Assembly (NCBI RefSeq): GCF_006345805.1
Contig: NC_043006.1
Location: 101,122,001-101,186,000 of the forward strand
Reading direction: 5' to 3'
Length of the DNA: 64,000 nucleotides
Origin: Octopus sinensis
Lineage: Eukaryota
Made by a program: the position numbers and the translations under genes. Positions 62,791-64,000 of the stretch are shown one piece after another (within the stretch, counting starts at the first letter, position 1; every line of letters begins with the position of its first letter). The notes below the pieces were generated by a model. It was not told the DNA's origin. It saw nothing but the letters and a program-made list of their open reading frames with translations, and ran no database searches.

Positions 62791-63010
62791 CCCTTTAGCA
62801 TTCAAACCGGCCATATCCGGCCAAAATATTTAACCTGTTTTATATTGAAACTGACCAGCTCTCGCCTCTCACCTCAGCCCTACCATGTCATTCTAAAACT
62901 AAAAAATCACATCACTGAAATCTCTAAATTACAAGATAATGCATGATTAATTCAAAACAATATAAATAAACAAATATCACATCTGACAGAATAATCTGAA
63001 CACTAAAGGG
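62791..63010 (+). mobile_element. MITE family E, intact 220-bp copy
   Basis: TTAA|CCCTTTAGCATTCA ... TGAACACTAAAGGG|TTAA. CCC termini plus TTAA are piggyBac hallmarks. Confidence 0.85.
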
Positions 63011-63022
63011 TTAAAGATCACT

Positions 63023-63024
<2 letters not shown>

Positions 63025-63057
<33 letters not shown>

Positions 63058-63240
63058 TGTTTTAATATCTTTTCTATACAGGCATGGATCAGACAGGAAT
63101 ATTCTGAAGTCAGGTTTTCTATATAGCTGGAGGCCTTTCCCGTAACCAACCTACACATCTTCTCAAGTGAGCAAATAATTCCCGAGTCTACAAAACTAAC
63201 AAATAGCCCAGACATATTTACATTGAAAACTAGAAACAAG
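63025..63240 (-). mobile_element. Degenerate RTE-tailed element with (CAT)n
   Basis: (CAT)n + GTTTTAATATCTTTTCTATACAGGCATGG...GCCTTTCCCGTAACCAACC. Confidence 0.55.
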
Positions 63241-63679
63241 TGTTTCTGAATGGATAATCTTTTTTGCGTTACAAATATCCAAGCAACATATCAACACATG
63301 TCAAAAGACCTGCATATGCTTTCTTGGTGGACAAGAAACAAGTGACACTCTTAACAATGTCATTGTTTTCATCCAGAGGATGAAGATACATAAATGAGGA
63401 ATTATGAATTCAGTCACCTAAACTCAGTTACACACACACACACACATACACACACACAGTTATATATATATATATATATAATATATATATATATTACGGA
63501 GATGTACTTGCATAGCGAGTGACCTGATCTGAGATTGTGTGCTAGAACGAAAACAATTACAGCATGGAAGGTGTTTATAAGCCATTTAAGAAACACACAA
63601 AACCGTTAGATTCACTTCAACATTTAAATTTAATTTGTCAAAATATTTTCGTCGCTTTGAATAAATGTGTGTGTGTATC

Positions 63680-64000
63680 TTTTATCTTTTACTTTCCAGT
63701 CATTCAACTGAGGCCTTGCTGGGTCAAGTCCTTGAAGGGTTTTAGTAAATAAATTGACCCCAGGGCTTTTTTTTATGCCTAGTACTTATTCTATTAATCT
63801 CTTTTGCTGAGCTGTTAAGTTATGAATTTATTAGGATGTAAACATACCAACACCAGTTGTCAGTGGTGGTGGACAAACAAACACAAAGACATATAAGCAC
63901 ATCACACACATGCGCACACACACACGCATATATATATATAGACAAAGGGCTTCTTTCAGTTTATGTCTGTCAAATCTACTCCCAAGGCTTTGGTTGGCCG
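63680..64000 (-). mobile_element. SINE A, degenerate, runs off the window
   Basis: Reverse complement of the tail and body. Confidence 0.75.

Overview
AT-rich, repeat-dense animal genomic DNA. The repeat families look like those of a coleoid cephalopod, most likely Octopus; this is pattern recognition, not a database result. I can support no host protein-coding gene, tRNA or rRNA gene, and most track ORFs are microsatellite or SINE artefacts. Main contents: (1) a full-length Tx1/L1-clade LINE (5358-11196, +) inside a (CTAT)n array, whose ORF breaks are all consistent with 1-bp indels in short homopolymer runs; (2) a near full-length RTE LINE (34304-40131, -) with a PHD-type zinc finger, a 2.5-kb higher-order tandem 3' UTR and a splice-acceptor-like 5' region, joined tail-to-tail to a second RTE 3' fragment; (3) a Penelope-type minimal hammerhead ribozyme motif (24388-24423); (4) Tc1/mariner remnants, TTAA MITEs and HINE/Helentron-like elements; (5) many tRNA-headed SINEs of about four families, including head-to-tail concatemers and head/tail chimeras; (6) a fold-back inverted repeat at 31.6-32.1 kb; (7) many microsatellites, often seeded by retroelement tails. 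Family letters A-G are my own working labels.
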